Shown: piece by piece, positions 35,090 to 48,458 of the stretch
Layout: each line of letters starts with the position of its first letter
Numbering within the stretch: the stretch's first letter is position 1
DNA from: a virus
Virus record (IMG/VR): IMGVR_UViG_3300033153_009093
Location: 32,001 to 96,000 of that record
Strand: one strand, 5' to 3'
DNA: 64,000 nucleotides
Made by a program: the position numbers and the translations under genes
The notes under the pieces: model-generated
What the model saw: only the letters and a program-made list of their open reading frames with translations
What the model was told of the DNA's origin: nothing
Database searches by the model: none

Positions 35090-35931
35090 ATCTGAATAGC
35101 TGATTTTATTTTATTTGATATATCTCGTTTAAAATCATAATTATTATTTATAATGGCGGTGGAAGCTTTCTTTATATCCGCCATTTCTTTTTTATAATTA
35201 ACATCATTAAGTAATTTTAATTTATCAGTTTCATTGTTAGTAGCTAATATATTACTTCTGATAACATGATCCATGTCAATCCATATAATAGGCGAATTAT
35301 ATTTTTCTTTAAAAAACAGTACTTCATTTAAAGAATATGCATAGTAATTTATTCGCTTACTATAGTCTTGTATACATTTGTAAGGTTCAATAACAGCGGA
35401 AAGATATTCGAACATGTCATATTTATTACTGAAGTCGTATATTTCGCAAATGACTTTATTATAAAATTCCACTGTCATGTTAAATAATAAATTCATATCA
35501 GGTGAATGGTTATGATTATATATAACAGTCGCCATATCATAAAAATCTTTTAATTTATTATCATTGATATGATCAAAATTCTTATTCTTTATTTGAAATA
35601 TATTTTCTAAAACATATTTAATAATATCCTTATTTACTCCCTTATATAACATTATGCTATCTTTAGCGTAATCAAATATATGTTTATTGTAATTATTATT
35701 TATAACTTGATAATCTATATAATTTTCATCTATCCAATTATAATTAGTATCAATGGGATTTATATTAAATAAATATAAAAATATTCGAGTGATAAAATCA
35801 TATTTATTTAAATTCACCGCTATGTCTAAATCTTTTCTTATCAATTTGGCGGAATAAGATTTTCCGCAATAATGATGACCGCAAAATACAATAAATGGAT
35901 GCTTTAATTTTTTAATAGCTTTTTTAACCAT
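35086..35931 (-). CDS. P-loop kinase, dNMP-kinase-like (T4 gp1 type)
   Basis: FIVFCGHHYCGKSYSA Walker A, and SLNEVLFF...IIWID resembling the RFxNE...IxI segment. Start set at ATG 35931 (AAGGT RBS). TAG-free. Confidence 0.55.
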   Translation of the reverse strand: MVKKAIKKLKHPFIVFCGHHYCGKSYSAKLIRKDLDIAVNLNKYDFITRIFLYLFNINPIDTNYNWIDENYIDYQVINNNYNKHIFDYAKDSIMLYKGVNKDIIKYVLENIFQIKNKNFDHINDNKLKDFYDMATVIYNHNHSPDMNLLFNMTVEFYNKVICEIYDFSNKYDMFEYLSAVIEPYKCIQDYSKRINYYAYSLNEVLFFKEKYNSPIIWIDMDHVIRSNILATNNETDKLKLLNDVNYKKEMADIKKASTAIINNNYDFKRDISNKIKSAIQI

Positions 35932-36062
35932 GCAATTTACCTTTAATAATAATAGGTTTCTAAAATTAACAAAAACAGGCCTGTTTTCAATTTTAATTTT
36001 AATGTACGCCCTACTATTCAATTTTAATTTAGATTGAAATTTGGCCCCATATAACGATTATT

Positions 36063-37703
36063 TTAATACTGTCTACTAAATATCTTTATAGAGTATGAAT
36101 CGAAACTATTAGAGGGTACTATATTTATTCTTCCTCTACTCTAATTCAACTTAGTATTTAAAGATTCATTAGTATAAAGGTGCTCTTCATTCCAAGTACC
36201 ATCAAGAATATCCATATATTTTATTGAAAATGTTATAGCTGTCGAATCTGATAATAGGTAGACATCACTATCACTTCTTAGGGTTATGTGTTTATCTCCT
36301 GTAATATTCTCATATTCAAGGGGTATAGAAATCTGTATATTACCATCATCATCTTTATATAATTTATTGTCATTTATCAGTACAAAGGGTATAGTATTTA
36401 TATTAGGCTGAACTATATCTATATCATAATAGTTATTTATTACTGTCACTGTATTATCAGTAATATCATATATTTGTATCTCTGAATTATCAATAGAAGT
36501 CTTATCTGTCTACTGATAATTTATATCAACCGTATCAGTAACCCCGGTATTTTCAGTATTTATAATATTATTATAACTAAATTTTAGATATTCTACTAAA
36601 TAAGAATTATTATATTGACTGTTCATTATTATCGCAGATTCATTAGAAAAATTTATTTCCTAAGAATTCTTTGTTTCTAATTTAACAGTATTTTCTATAT
36701 TTATATCAGTATCAGTATATTCATATTCAATAATAAATGAACCGCCCCCTAAATCTATTGTAGTATCAGTATAATTAACTTCCGCTGTAAATAAATCTTC
36801 AGTACAATTTATATTAAATAATTTATTATTTAATAAATCCTTTTTCTAATCTTTAATAAAGAAAGAATCTTTCAATATAAATTCATCAGGATTCAACTTC
36901 TAAGGAAAATCTAGTTCTAATTTAGAGTTATTAAGTTTTATATATCCATTTTCATTATTTGTATTGATATCTATATCATCAATTTCTTTAAGTTTATGAT
37001 AGTGATAGGGTAATTTTCTATAATTATCTATATTAGTTGAATCTTCAAAAACAAAATTATTAACCGTAATTTCTATTATATTTACATTAGTCAAATCACT
37101 TAAGGTTGATTCATTATAATCATTATCTAAATATACAGTTAACTCTTTTGTTTCTATATTCCATAATAATGAATCATAGTAAATCATATATACGTAATCA
37201 TTTAATAAAACATCAACCATCTCTGTTCTTACCGGTATGCTATATGACGAATATTCTGTCAGTTTAGTATATAATGTATCTCCTTCTTCGACATTGTTCA
37301 ACTGAATGACAATAGAAGGAATTGAAGTGGAATCCTATACAGTGGTAACATCATATGTACTATTTATATCATATTGCTTAAATTCATCTTCTTGTAAATT
37401 TATTTCTTCATTAAACGATCCTGTATCAGTCTTATCAAAATTCATAAATTCATCAAAGAAAATTTCAGAAGTCAATAATGATTTTATAACATCTGGATTA
37501 TGTATATCAAGTAATTGTATTATATCAGTATTACCATCAACTACATTTACAGCGTTCGCTTCCATAAATAAATCAGCATATTCATAATCAGGTAAAGATC
37601 TCCTTATAGGGATATTAAGTTTATCCACCGCTGATAATTTATAAATATCAGCTTCATTGGACACTTCCGCATTTGTAAATAATTGATTACCTGTATGTCT
37701 CAT
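36063..37703 (-). CDS. 546-aa virion-type protein (TAG-recoded)
   Basis: Joins 37335, 36900 and 36141. Contexts FP*KL, KD*KK, NS*EI, YQ*TD. ATGA overlap upstream. Confidence 0.8.
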
Positions 37704-38944
37704 ATTATCATAACCTTCCCTGTTAAATATTCACCAAATGTTATTGTGATAGTGTCAAGCATATTATAATGCGTATTCTCCGGTACTATCTGAGCACCTT
37801 CATCATCATAAACAACTATAGAAGGAATAGCATTTTCGTATTCAATAACCAATTCTTCTACATTGGTAAAATCTTCCGTTATCTTTTCTACATTAGAAGT
37901 TCCACCGCTGCCGCCTCCTGCTCCTGTATTATAAAGATATATATCCGTAGGAATGAATGTTGTTATATTATTTAATCCGATAATAAATCCATAATATGTT
38001 CTTTCTTTTCTTATATTATCCAGTGAATGATTAGATATACTGTCAATCAATAATGCATAATTTGTTTCATTTAATATAGAATCATATAACAGGTCATCAT
38101 TATCATCAATATATATTCCTAATAAAGAATACCCTACATTTAATTGAGCGGGGTCTATTATTACATTCTGGGAATTTATATATTTTAACTTTGAACCATC
38201 CTTATATAATTTGGGTTCTGTTATTATAAGCTTACTTGCACTTTCATCGTATTGTACAAAACTTTGAGCATTAACCCTATATAAATCATTTATAGTCGAT
38301 GATCTTAAAATAGAGCCATAAGTTTTTAATAATACATTTATCTCTTCATTTTGATATTTATTGTCAAATACCAAAGCATTATTTATTTTATCAAATGAAC
38401 AAAGAAATTTGTGTACTGCGGGTTCTTCTGTTACATGCACTGAATATATATCATACTCTATGTATTCATCAACATCTAAATATAAAGGCTATGTAATGTT
38501 TATATTTACTCCTATTGATTCTGAATATAACTGCACTGTTTTATCATTGTATAATTTGACATTATCATCATATTCAATTTCTTCCACTAAATTATTATTA
38601 TTATAAACTGCTATTTTATAAAGATCATCCCCTGATATATCAACATTGATAATCTTTATTTTAATTTTATTTTCTGTATTATTATCCAGTGATATAAAAT
38701 TATTATATACTGTTCTATAATTATTTATAAAGAATAAATGATTTCTACATTTTGCTATTCCTGATATTTCTATATTACTTAAAGAATATGAGATATCAGA
38801 AAATGACTTATATTTATATTGAACGTATATATCTGTCGATGTGTTTTTAATAATATCTTCAAGATGTAACACATTCTCAAAAGTAGATTTATTATAATAA
38901 TAATTCTCCACACTTTCTATTAAGTTTTCATAAAATATTCTCAT
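37700..38944 (-). CDS. 414-aa virion protein with Gly linker and C-terminal beta domain
   Basis: Joins 38489..38944 and 37700..38440 through one TAG. C-terminal PSIVVYDDEG...TITITFGEYLTGKVMII is typical of tail-associated beta modules. Confidence 0.8.
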
Positions 38945-38973
38945 TTAAAATCCCGAAACGTTTTAAAAATTAA

Positions 38974-40800
38974 TTATTTCTTGTTATTAATAATATGTAC
39001 AACATCTTCCGGTAAATAATACTTATTATCTTCTGACATTATGTTATAATATTTATCAACTTCGTTTTTATTATAGACATTATTTATTTTAAGTATATCG
39101 ACATTAGTAATATTATACATATAAGTAATATTATTTTCATCATCGGTATAACTGTTTATGAAATTTTCCCTTTTAGGTTCAAATAACATAACCTTTATAA
39201 ATCCAGTATCATAATCCTAATAAGTCAAGCTTAAAGTAATATTATCAATAATCAAATCTATTTCATTATTTCCAATGTATCTATATAACTAATTGTACAT
39301 ACTATGCTGTTTATACTTTATATATATTATAGTATTAAATTTATTTATCTTTCTCCAAAATACATTGATGCTTAAAGAATCTGCCAACATATTAAATACC
39401 GATGTGATATCAGAAATATTAACCGCTGTTGTATTTATTTTTTTAGAATTAAATATCTTTGAAACTACATATTCAGTATTTAAATTTTGAGAAGTAAAAT
39501 CTGTTCTTTCGGATGCATACGTATATTGAAAATTATTTATTAATATATCCGTTGATTGGAATGTATTATAGGAAGGGTAATAAGAATTAAAAGATATCAA
39601 TTGGCTCATTAATGAAAATTTTATATCCTTTGATACATTAAAAGATTTTATATCTTTTATATCTTTTAATGTTATGCTTAATAAATTATCTCTATCATTA
39701 TATAACTCTAAAGGTATAAAATTATTATCCGTTATATAATTATCGCTTATCAATAATGACCTATCAAAATCAACATCAACATAATTAAATCCTATATTAT
39801 TTATGTTGAATAATATTTTTTCTCTTTCTTTTGAATAATACGTTTCTAATTCCGAAGAATTGTATTTTAAATAAGATCCTCTGTTTAAATAATATTCTTT
39901 ATTATCTACAAGGGAATTTATGCTATCTATATTTAATTTAAATATAAATTTACACCCCATATACCAATTAAAATAAAGATTATTATTATATATTTTAATA
40001 TTATCAGAAGATGACTAATTTTTTATATTAAAAAGAATGTGAATATCTTTATAACCATTTCTCAAATTATCTAATTCTTCTTTAAATCTATCACTGTTTA
40101 AAAGAACTGGTAAATTTTTACAAGAATGCTATATATCAGTATTATAATTATCATATTCGGTTGAAGTCATGTCGTAAAAAGTAGAAGAAATTATATTCCC
40201 TTGCGAATATTCTAAATCAATAAGATGCATTTTATAATAAAAAATATTATTACTACTATCAGTACATTTTAAAGTATATTCAGGAAAGTATTCAATGTCA
40301 ACATACCCAGTAAATTCTTCTTTTTCTATCACATCCTATAATAAATCATTATATAAAAATTTACCTTCAGTATTTAATACATAATCATAAATAATATTAT
40401 TATTAACAATATTTCTATATTTATTTATAAATATAGCTTCATTATTCTATTCAGCATTGACGTAACCTGAAATAATAAAATTAAAGTCGTCTAATTTATA
40501 TTTATAATCATCATTGCATAAATCATTGCAGTAATGTTTCATACGGTCATCATGTATTACCATACTTATTATAGCTGTAGAATCCGGTAATATTTCTATA
40601 TTATCAACATTTATAACTGTAGATGTTATATCATATATCGTTGAATCGGATAAAGAAGGCGTATTATTATTGTAATTTAATACATATGAATCCGTTGATG
40701 TTGAATCATCTATATTCGTCTGTTTATAATCGTCATTTTTTAAACTAACAAATATGGCCGATAATAGGTCATTATCGGGATAATATGTCATATTTAGCAT
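38974..40800 (-). CDS. 608-aa virion-type protein (TAG-recoded)
   Basis: Joins 40447, 40129, 39289 and 38974 in one frame. Confidence 0.8.
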
Positions 40801-40805
40801 TTTAA

Positions 40806-41945
40806 TTATACCTAATTTATAACAAAATCAATATTTCTATATGATACATATCGTTTAGTTAATTCTTTATTATAAGGTAACATTATAAAATAGATATTTT
40901 TAGGGAAATATATTAATGCTTCTGCGCTATTATGGTCATATGCGATAGTATTTAATTGACCCCTTTCAACTGTAAAGTTTACATTAGAATTTACTTCTGT
41001 TATTTTTACAATTTCCACACCTGAAGAACTTTTAACAGTTAAATAGGAATATATATCTAAGTCTATATTAGGAGGGGAAGTAAGTTCTAATATAGTATCA
41101 CTGATAGTTAAATTACTATTCAATGCTATTGTGTCAGAGTATGTAATATCTACATTATCAGATAATGATACTAATTTATCATCGCCCTATAAATCAACAA
41201 TTTGATCATACTCATTATTAACCAATGTATATGAATCTTCTTTCCCTAATGAATCGACCATATACTAATTTTTTGTATCAAAGGTATCAATGAATTTAAA
41301 CTTGAAAGGTGATAAATCATTTATTGTTGAATCAGTGAGAATATTAGAATTTATCTGCAATTCATATTTATCATTTTTAAATAATAATAAATCATTTTTA
41401 TAATAATCTTGGTCAATGTCCCTATCAAGATGCACAGTATACGTTGTAGGGTTATCATCAACCGTTTGAATAGTATACTCTTCGTTATAATCCTTGAATA
41501 AAATAACCTTTCCAGTTTCCAAATATGCTAAATCCTTTTCGGCATTTTCAGAACTCTTATCAAATGTAATAATATCTGTTCCTGTTGATATGTTATAATC
41601 CAATAATAATGACGGCCTTTCATATAATTTAAATTCTGGATAATATAAAAAATCATACCCATCATATATTATTTGGAATCTAAATGTAGGAATTTCATCG
41701 GTGCATAATATATTTAACTAACAATCTTTATTATAACTTTTTATTTTTTTATATACAGTATCAATGTCTTTATCTTTTATCTATATCTCCGATGGAATAT
41801 CATTTTGTTCCATCGGAGGTATATTCTTATAAGAAAGTGACATATTTTCTTTACCGCCAGTATTGCAAAAAATTATATCATTAAAAGAATACTATATAGG
41901 ACTATTTATTGTATTACCTACATTTCCTTGTAAATTTACTAACAT
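40806..41945 (-). CDS. 379-aa virion-type protein (TAG-recoded)
   Basis: ATG 41945 with AAAGGA RBS; joins 41265 and 40812; TAA 5 nt before the next ATG. Confidence 0.8.
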
Positions 41946-41968
41946 ATTTCTTTCCTTTATAAAAACTA

Positions 41969-43780
41969 TTATTTAAAAACTGTTGTCCTGCAAGTAAAAG
42001 TTGTTGTATTTTTTCCTATGTCCCAATTTACTTTATCGAGTATAAATTCTCTTTCTTTAAAAAAATCTTCCAAATCATCTATTGTAGCAGTTCCTTTAAA
42101 ATTAATATTCATACTTGCTAAATGATTATTAATCATAGCAAAATTATCTGCTATTAATTGAACATCATTATCGCTATAATATACAGCATTGCTATATCCT
42201 ACTGTAGAAAATCTATCGTTACCATATCCAGAAGCTTTAATATCAGAATCTGAACCTGATGAAGCTTTTGAAATATACGTAGGTACTGTGTAAGTTTTTA
42301 AAGGAACCCCTCCCCCTATAAATTCTTTAGAATCATAATCCTGCGAAATTTCTCCTACCTTTTCAGAATGTAATATTCTATGAGAGTTTGTTTTACCTAA
42401 TGGAACCATTTTTATAGTTGACCTTTCAAATCTTTCTCTGCTTATGGATATATTGGCGATATTATTTAATATATGAAGAGAGCCGCCTTTAGCTAATATA
42501 TCTTTTAAAGGTATCATTTCCGTCCCGGATTTGGTATAATAATTTTTTGATGTTTCAAAATCTAACAAAGTTGCATTTTTTATTAATTCTTCTCTATCAA
42601 TAGTTTCTAATAATTGTATTATACTTGATAATCCTTGCTATGTCGTGGCGCCTTTTATGCATTGGTATAGTATTTTTTTATCATCAATATCAGCAACTAA
42701 ACAATCTTCCTACCTGGACTTAACTACTGATGTCTGTTTATAAAATGGTACATTGTCTACTATTTCTTTTTGATAATTATTATGAGTTCTTTCTGTATGA
42801 TTTACAGATTGTATACCATTTCCTTTATTAGCAATAAATACACGTTTAAAATTATTATTATTGCCTACGTGTGCTATTACAATAAAATCATTTAAGTTAA
42901 TATAATTTTCACCATACATATGAGTATTTGTTGTAATTTTCTTTTGCAAAGGATCGGCTCCGATATGAACATATTCATACTCTGTTTCTGTTTTTAATTT
43001 TGTTGAAAATGATTTTTCAGTATAACCACCATCTCCATTATTTTCATAATATAAATTTTGCACAGGGCCGGTATGTTTAGAAGTTATTTCTGATGTAACT
43101 TTATATGGTATTATAGATTTATTATAATAGTCTATATCGTAACCTTTTGAATCATAGGATATTCCTTCTATATACGCATCGCTGCTACCCCCATAATATA
43201 CTTCATGTTCAGATATGACATTTCCAGTTACATAGAATATTCTGTTTTGTTTCGATTTATTAGTTGTAACAGATGCTAATGTACTACATGTGCTATTCAA
43301 AATACCTGATTCCTGATCTAATGATTCCGCAATAACTTCATATTTTTTATCATACTATTTATCTTTATAAACTAAACCGAATCGTTGAGCTATAGTATTT
43401 TCTGATGTTGACGACTATAGAATACTGACAATATTAGGGGGTGTTCCTAATAAAATATTGTCTTCATTTATACTAAATTCCTTATATTTTACATTTTTAT
43501 TTAAAATAGAATATATTTGAGACGGAGGAAACTGTTTTTCGTATGAAATATAAGTAATTACTTCAGTTAATAAACTTTTTTCATCTACCTATAATTCACT
43601 TACATCGTATGTCAATTCTTCTGATGCTCGTGAAGGATATCGTTTTACCATACCCCCAAATTCTTCTTCTAAAATATCATTTGAATCAATTTCAACTAAA
43701 GGTATACCCCGGGGTTCTACGTATATATCAACCTTTTTATTTTTTTGAAGGTCATATATAATTTGTTTAAGGATTTTCAT
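41969..43780 (-). CDS. 603-aa protein, possible baseplate hub / tail-tip component (TAG-recoded)
   Basis: Joins 43589, 42710 and 41969. Less Asn-rich composition; C-terminal FILDKVNWDIGKNTTTFTC resembles hub-protein ends. The function is a guess. Confidence 0.75.
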
Positions 43781-44150
43781 TATTTATTTCCTATGAAATA
43801 ATTTCATGATATTCATTAGTATTATCAATGATTATTAAATCTAATTTATTAAAAGTTCTATTTAAATATTTTAAATTAAACTCTTCAATACTTAAGATAT
43901 CATTATTAATAATAATATCCCTTTTGCCTATTAAATTAGTAAATTTTACTTCTGTAAATAATTTACAATCTTCATAATATACTTCATTATTATTTGTTGC
44001 AGGTGTAAATATAGACGATAATATAACTTTTATATTATCGTCTATATTTAATTTAGCGATGTCAATAAAATTATAACTAAATATAGAATAAAAATTTATT
44101 ACATTGCCATAAAAATAAATTTTACTTGTAGTGTTATTAAAATATATCAT
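43767..44150 (-). CDS. 127-aa hypothetical protein (1 TAG)
   Basis: Readthrough at 43791 extends the ORF to TAA at 43767, overlapping the next start. Confidence 0.65.
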
Positions 44151-44158
44151 ATTGTATT

Positions 44159-45118
44159 TTATATAAAAATTAAATATAAATTTTTATACTCTCCTGAATT
44201 AATATTATTTATAAAATCTATATCCGAAGGGAAATCGTTGATTATTATCTTGTAATTAAATTTATTATTTAACAAATTAGTTGTATTATTAATTAAATGA
44301 TTGAACCTATACATAAAATTTAAAGGAAATTTGAGTTCTGTATTTATATCAAACATTATTTTAAATGTTATTTCATATAATGAATTGGTTTCGCTAATGA
44401 ATTTATTTTTTGATGACTTTGTAACTATTTTACTTAAAATGTTATTATTAAAATTTATTGGAATCTTTATCAAAAAATTATTTAAATTCTAATTATCTTT
44501 TATAAATATATCATTATTATTTAAATCTAATGGCAGTTCATTAAAATGATTTAATAAAAATCTTTTTCTATTTTCAGTATCGGAAGATTTTAAAACCTTT
44601 TCTGATATTAAATAATTAATAATATTACTATTGTATAAATTATTTATGATGTAGTCTTTTGAATATATCATAGTTTCTTCAAAATTAAATAATTTTAATT
44701 TACCATTATGATTTATAGTTTCTTTAATTGTATTATCAAACCCGGAAGGTTTATTGATGAATATTATTATATTATCTTCTTTTATTGCAGAATTAAATGA
44801 AATAATTTGTTTTTTTATAAAAGAATTTTTATTATTAACATTACTAGAATTGTAATAATTTGTTTCAATATCCCCTGTATAATCTGGAAACAATGAAGCT
44901 TTTTCATCAAAGGTGGATAAATTATTTAATTGGCTGTAAGGTATATTATTATCTGATAATTTATTATGACAATTAAATGATATAGGATTTTCAATATTGA
45001 TTACTATATTTTGTTGCAATTTAATATCATTATCATTATCCTTTACCTATGATACATTTTCTGAAAAATTTAATAATGAATCATAATTCTCTAATATCTT
45101 CAGTGCATAATTTTTCAA
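44159..45118 (-). CDS. 319-aa hypothetical protein (TAG-recoded, probable TTG start)
   Basis: Joins 44489..45019 and 44159..44473; TTG 45118 is preceded by AGGT. Confidence 0.7.
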
Positions 45119-45137
45119 AACAATACCTATTAATTTA

Positions 45138-45163
45138 TAATTTATAAATTAATTTATAAATTA
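45138..45163. promoter_or_regulatory. 26-bp palindrome between divergent late operons
   Basis: TAATTTATAAATTAATTTATAAATTA (two copies of AATTTATAAATT). A related AAATTAATTT inverted repeat lies at 18963-18987. Confidence 0.4.
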
Positions 45164-45183
45164 AATATACATGGTAATAATGA

Positions 45184-46128
45184 ATGAGTATAGATAAATA
45201 TAATTTATTTATAAATAAAAGCTTTAATACTTATGATTTTTCAAATAATAAAGATATCAGCATATATAATACTGTAAACGGTAATTTTATAGAAAATACT
45301 GTATATATTATTCATAATAATAAACCTACTTCAAGTACTTCATTTATAACAATGAATGTAGACGATGTACTTGAAGTATATTTATTTCCAACAATGAATA
45401 CGAATATAACGTTTAAAGTAAACGAAATATTACATACTGTTGACAATAATTCAATTTTTATTATAACTAATCATATTGAAGAAAATAGATTTGCAATAAA
45501 GTTAGTATAGAGCAAAAATGATACTGATTATAATTTATATAATAATTTTCCATCATTATTATATAACAAATCTATTGAAGATTTATTTTATAAATTAAAT
45601 ATTAATAAAGATGCTATTGCTGAACAAAAATCCAATTATACTTCAATTTTAAATTCAGGAACAGAATTAAGTGAATTTATAAATTCCAAAATTACAATAT
45701 CTACCGATTATACTGATTCTTATACTTTAAATTTTTCTTTTTCGTCTACAGAAGATTTTTCAAGAATAGCTTCAGTGATAGATAAATTTTATTTAAATAT
45801 ATAGGTATATGATTATAATGAATTTAAATATATTTATTGTAAGGATATTATAGAATCTTCTGGAAACTATACATTATCTAATACTAATCATATTACAGGA
45901 ATATTAAAAAATTCTTATACAAAAATATTACCTCATGCATATTTTAAATTGCAACAAGGAAAAGATTATGTATATTCTGATAATATATTGAATAAATATA
46001 CTTCATATAATAAAAATTATACCGGTCAAAAAATATTGATACTATTTCAATTGTCAATTAATGATAAAAGTACAATTTATGATATATCAAATAATATAGA
46101 AAGTGATTCAATATACATCATTGCATAA
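45184..46128 (+). CDS. 314-aa hypothetical structural-type protein (2 TAG)
   Basis: Frame 1 open to TAA at 46126. Confidence 0.78.
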
Positions 46129-46140
46129 GGTAATATTTTC

Positions 46141-47319
46141 ATGAAGTATAAATTAAAACCAAAGAATAATATTCTTAAATATTTATTAGGTGATATTGAT
46201 TAGATTGATATTTCATATACACTTAATTCTACATATAATACATTACTATTATGTTTAAATGAACCGCTATTAGATATATTATATAAATATGACCAATATT
46301 CTATAAATTATTCCTCTGATTAGACAGATACAGGGCATGATGAATGTCTATCGCTGGAAATGGAAATAGTATCTGATACTATTATGAAATTTAATATTAA
46401 ACAAAAATTTGTTAGATGTTTTTCATATTATAAAGAATATACTAATACTACTAATACTAATGATATTGGTATATATACTAATACAAAAAACTTTATAAGT
46501 TTATATCCTAAATTATTTTTAGATTCCGAAAATTCAGAAATCAATAATTTATTAACTACAGAGGAAAAAATAAATTTACAAAATTCTAAATTAATAAATG
46601 CCGAATTTACTGATTCTGATAATTTTTAGATTCCTACTATTAATAATAATGCATCAAAAGGAAAATCCCTTCCTGCTCATATAGAACTCATATCATTCAT
46701 TGATTCAAATTTAGATTATATAAAAAAAGAATATAATTTAAGTGATTCTATAACTGATGAAAATCATATAATAGATATATAGTATGATGAAAATCCTAAT
46801 GTAGATAAATATTCCACATATGCGAAGTCATTTAATATTATTAATGATTCTACTATTATATTTGATTTTGAAATTTATATTAATATTAATCAGTATAATT
46901 ATTTATTAGATATTAATGATATCAATATTGATTATCATATAAATGTCACAGGTGATAATGTAATAACCGGAACTACATTTAACCTTGATATATATGAAAA
47001 TATCAACAATTATTTTAACATCAATGACATTGTATATATTAAAAATATATACACCGATACAATAGTCAGCATTTGTAAAGTTACAAATATTATAAATAAT
47101 AAATTAACTTTATCTAAATTATAGGCCGAAATATCAGGAGATATTAATATTGATTATATGGATAAATATATACTTAATAAAATAAAAAATTTAGAAAATT
47201 GCAACGATGTTCAAGAAAAAAATAACATTTTAAGAAAATTGCTAATTAATAATTTATTTGTTATAGACGATATTGAGTTTAATGAAAATGATTATTTAGC
47301 TATAAATAACTTTGGTTAA
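46141..47319 (+). CDS. 392-aa hypothetical structural-type protein (TAG-recoded)
   Basis: ATG 46141 after AAGGT; contexts ID*ID, SD*TD; absorbs 46360..46629. Confidence 0.78.
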
Positions 47320-47325
47320 TATTAT

Positions 47326-47979
47326 ATGGCAACTTATAGATCAGTGTCTAATTTTCCTAGTAATATTAAATCAATGACCGATTTAATAGGAGATAATTAG
47401 AATTTAAAATCTTATGGATCAAAAACTATAAAGTTTACTGCTGACAATACTATACATTTACAAAATGCAACTTAGACAAAAATGTACAAAAGGTCTATGT
47501 TTAATTTATCGGCAAAACTTTCAGGAGTCGAAAAATATTTTTCTTCGTGCTATTCTCCAAATATATTTAATGTTGGAATTACTCTTAATTGTGAAGGTTT
47601 ATATATGGGAGAAAATGGAGATTTTTAGAAAACGGAATTGTTAGAACCTATACAAAGTTAGTTTACTTCTGCTGTAATTTCAAGAATATTTTCTCCCACA
47701 GATTTAATTCAAACATCTAAAACTATTTCTGAAGATGAAGATGGAGAAACTACATTGGTTAATTCAGATGGTACAATTGATAGTTATAAAAAAACATTCT
47801 TTAATAAAAGTGAACAATATAAACTGTATTTTCCCGCTGCATCTAAAGGAGGCGTAGGTGATAAATCGATAGAACAAGAAGATGATATAATCGATGTAAT
47901 TAATTAGAATAAGATATAGTCTTTATCATTAAGTTGTAATGATAAAATTTATACATTAAATGCTACCGCCCTAACATAA
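47326..47979 (+). CDS. 217-aa protein, candidate tail tube or tail-associated protein (6 TAG; absent from the ORF track)
   Basis: MATYRSVSNFP...LNATALT-TAA. Size and position directly upstream of the chaperone suggest a tube protein. Confidence 0.6.
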
Positions 47980-47993
47980 ACCAAGGATGAACA

Positions 47994-48458
47994 ATGATTG
48001 AAAGAGTTGATAATATCAATATGGTACCGGAAGATATTAAAGAGTTATTATTTACCGAAAAAGGTGAATTTATTGCTATAGGAGAAGAAGTTTATCGATT
48101 AAAACCTTTTGGTGTAAAAAAATACTTCGAATTATTACATTTTATTTCAATATATTATACATTATATAATGACGTATTTGCAGAAAGTAATAATTTAAAA
48201 ATTACTTCTTTCTTTGGAAGTTTAGCAAAAAAATTAATTGATAATGAATTAATTGATGATTTTATGAAAACTTTCTTTCCTGAAATTCCAGAAGGTGCCG
48301 AAAATATAAACAAACCTCAATTGGATTATTTATTGGGGGTAATATATAAATTAAATTTTTTATTAAAAGATCGCCCGATTCAGGATCAGGCGACTCGACT
48401 GTCGATTCACAAAATGCAGGAAATGTTAGGCTTAAATCTAAATCAGACGACAAATTAA
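47994..48458 (+). CDS. Tail assembly chaperone (lambda gpG-like)
   Basis: 154 aa, AAGGA RBS, EEVYRLKP motif, contains a slippery heptamer with a long open -1 frame. Confidence 0.7.
   Translation: MIERVDNINMVPEDIKELLFTEKGEFIAIGEEVYRLKPFGVKKYFELLHFISIYYTLYNDVFAESNNLKITSFFGSLAKKLIDNELIDDFMKTFFPEIPEGAENINKPQLDYLLGVIYKLNFLLKDRPIQDQATRLSIHKMQEMLGLNLNQTTN

Noticed and set aside
35975-36065. Possible suppressor tRNA (GGGGCC start, ATCTAAA resembling a CUA anticodon loop)
   Set aside because: No TTCRA T-loop, no D-stem pairing, and the anticodon-like loop is misplaced. No tRNA gene was found anywhere in the window.
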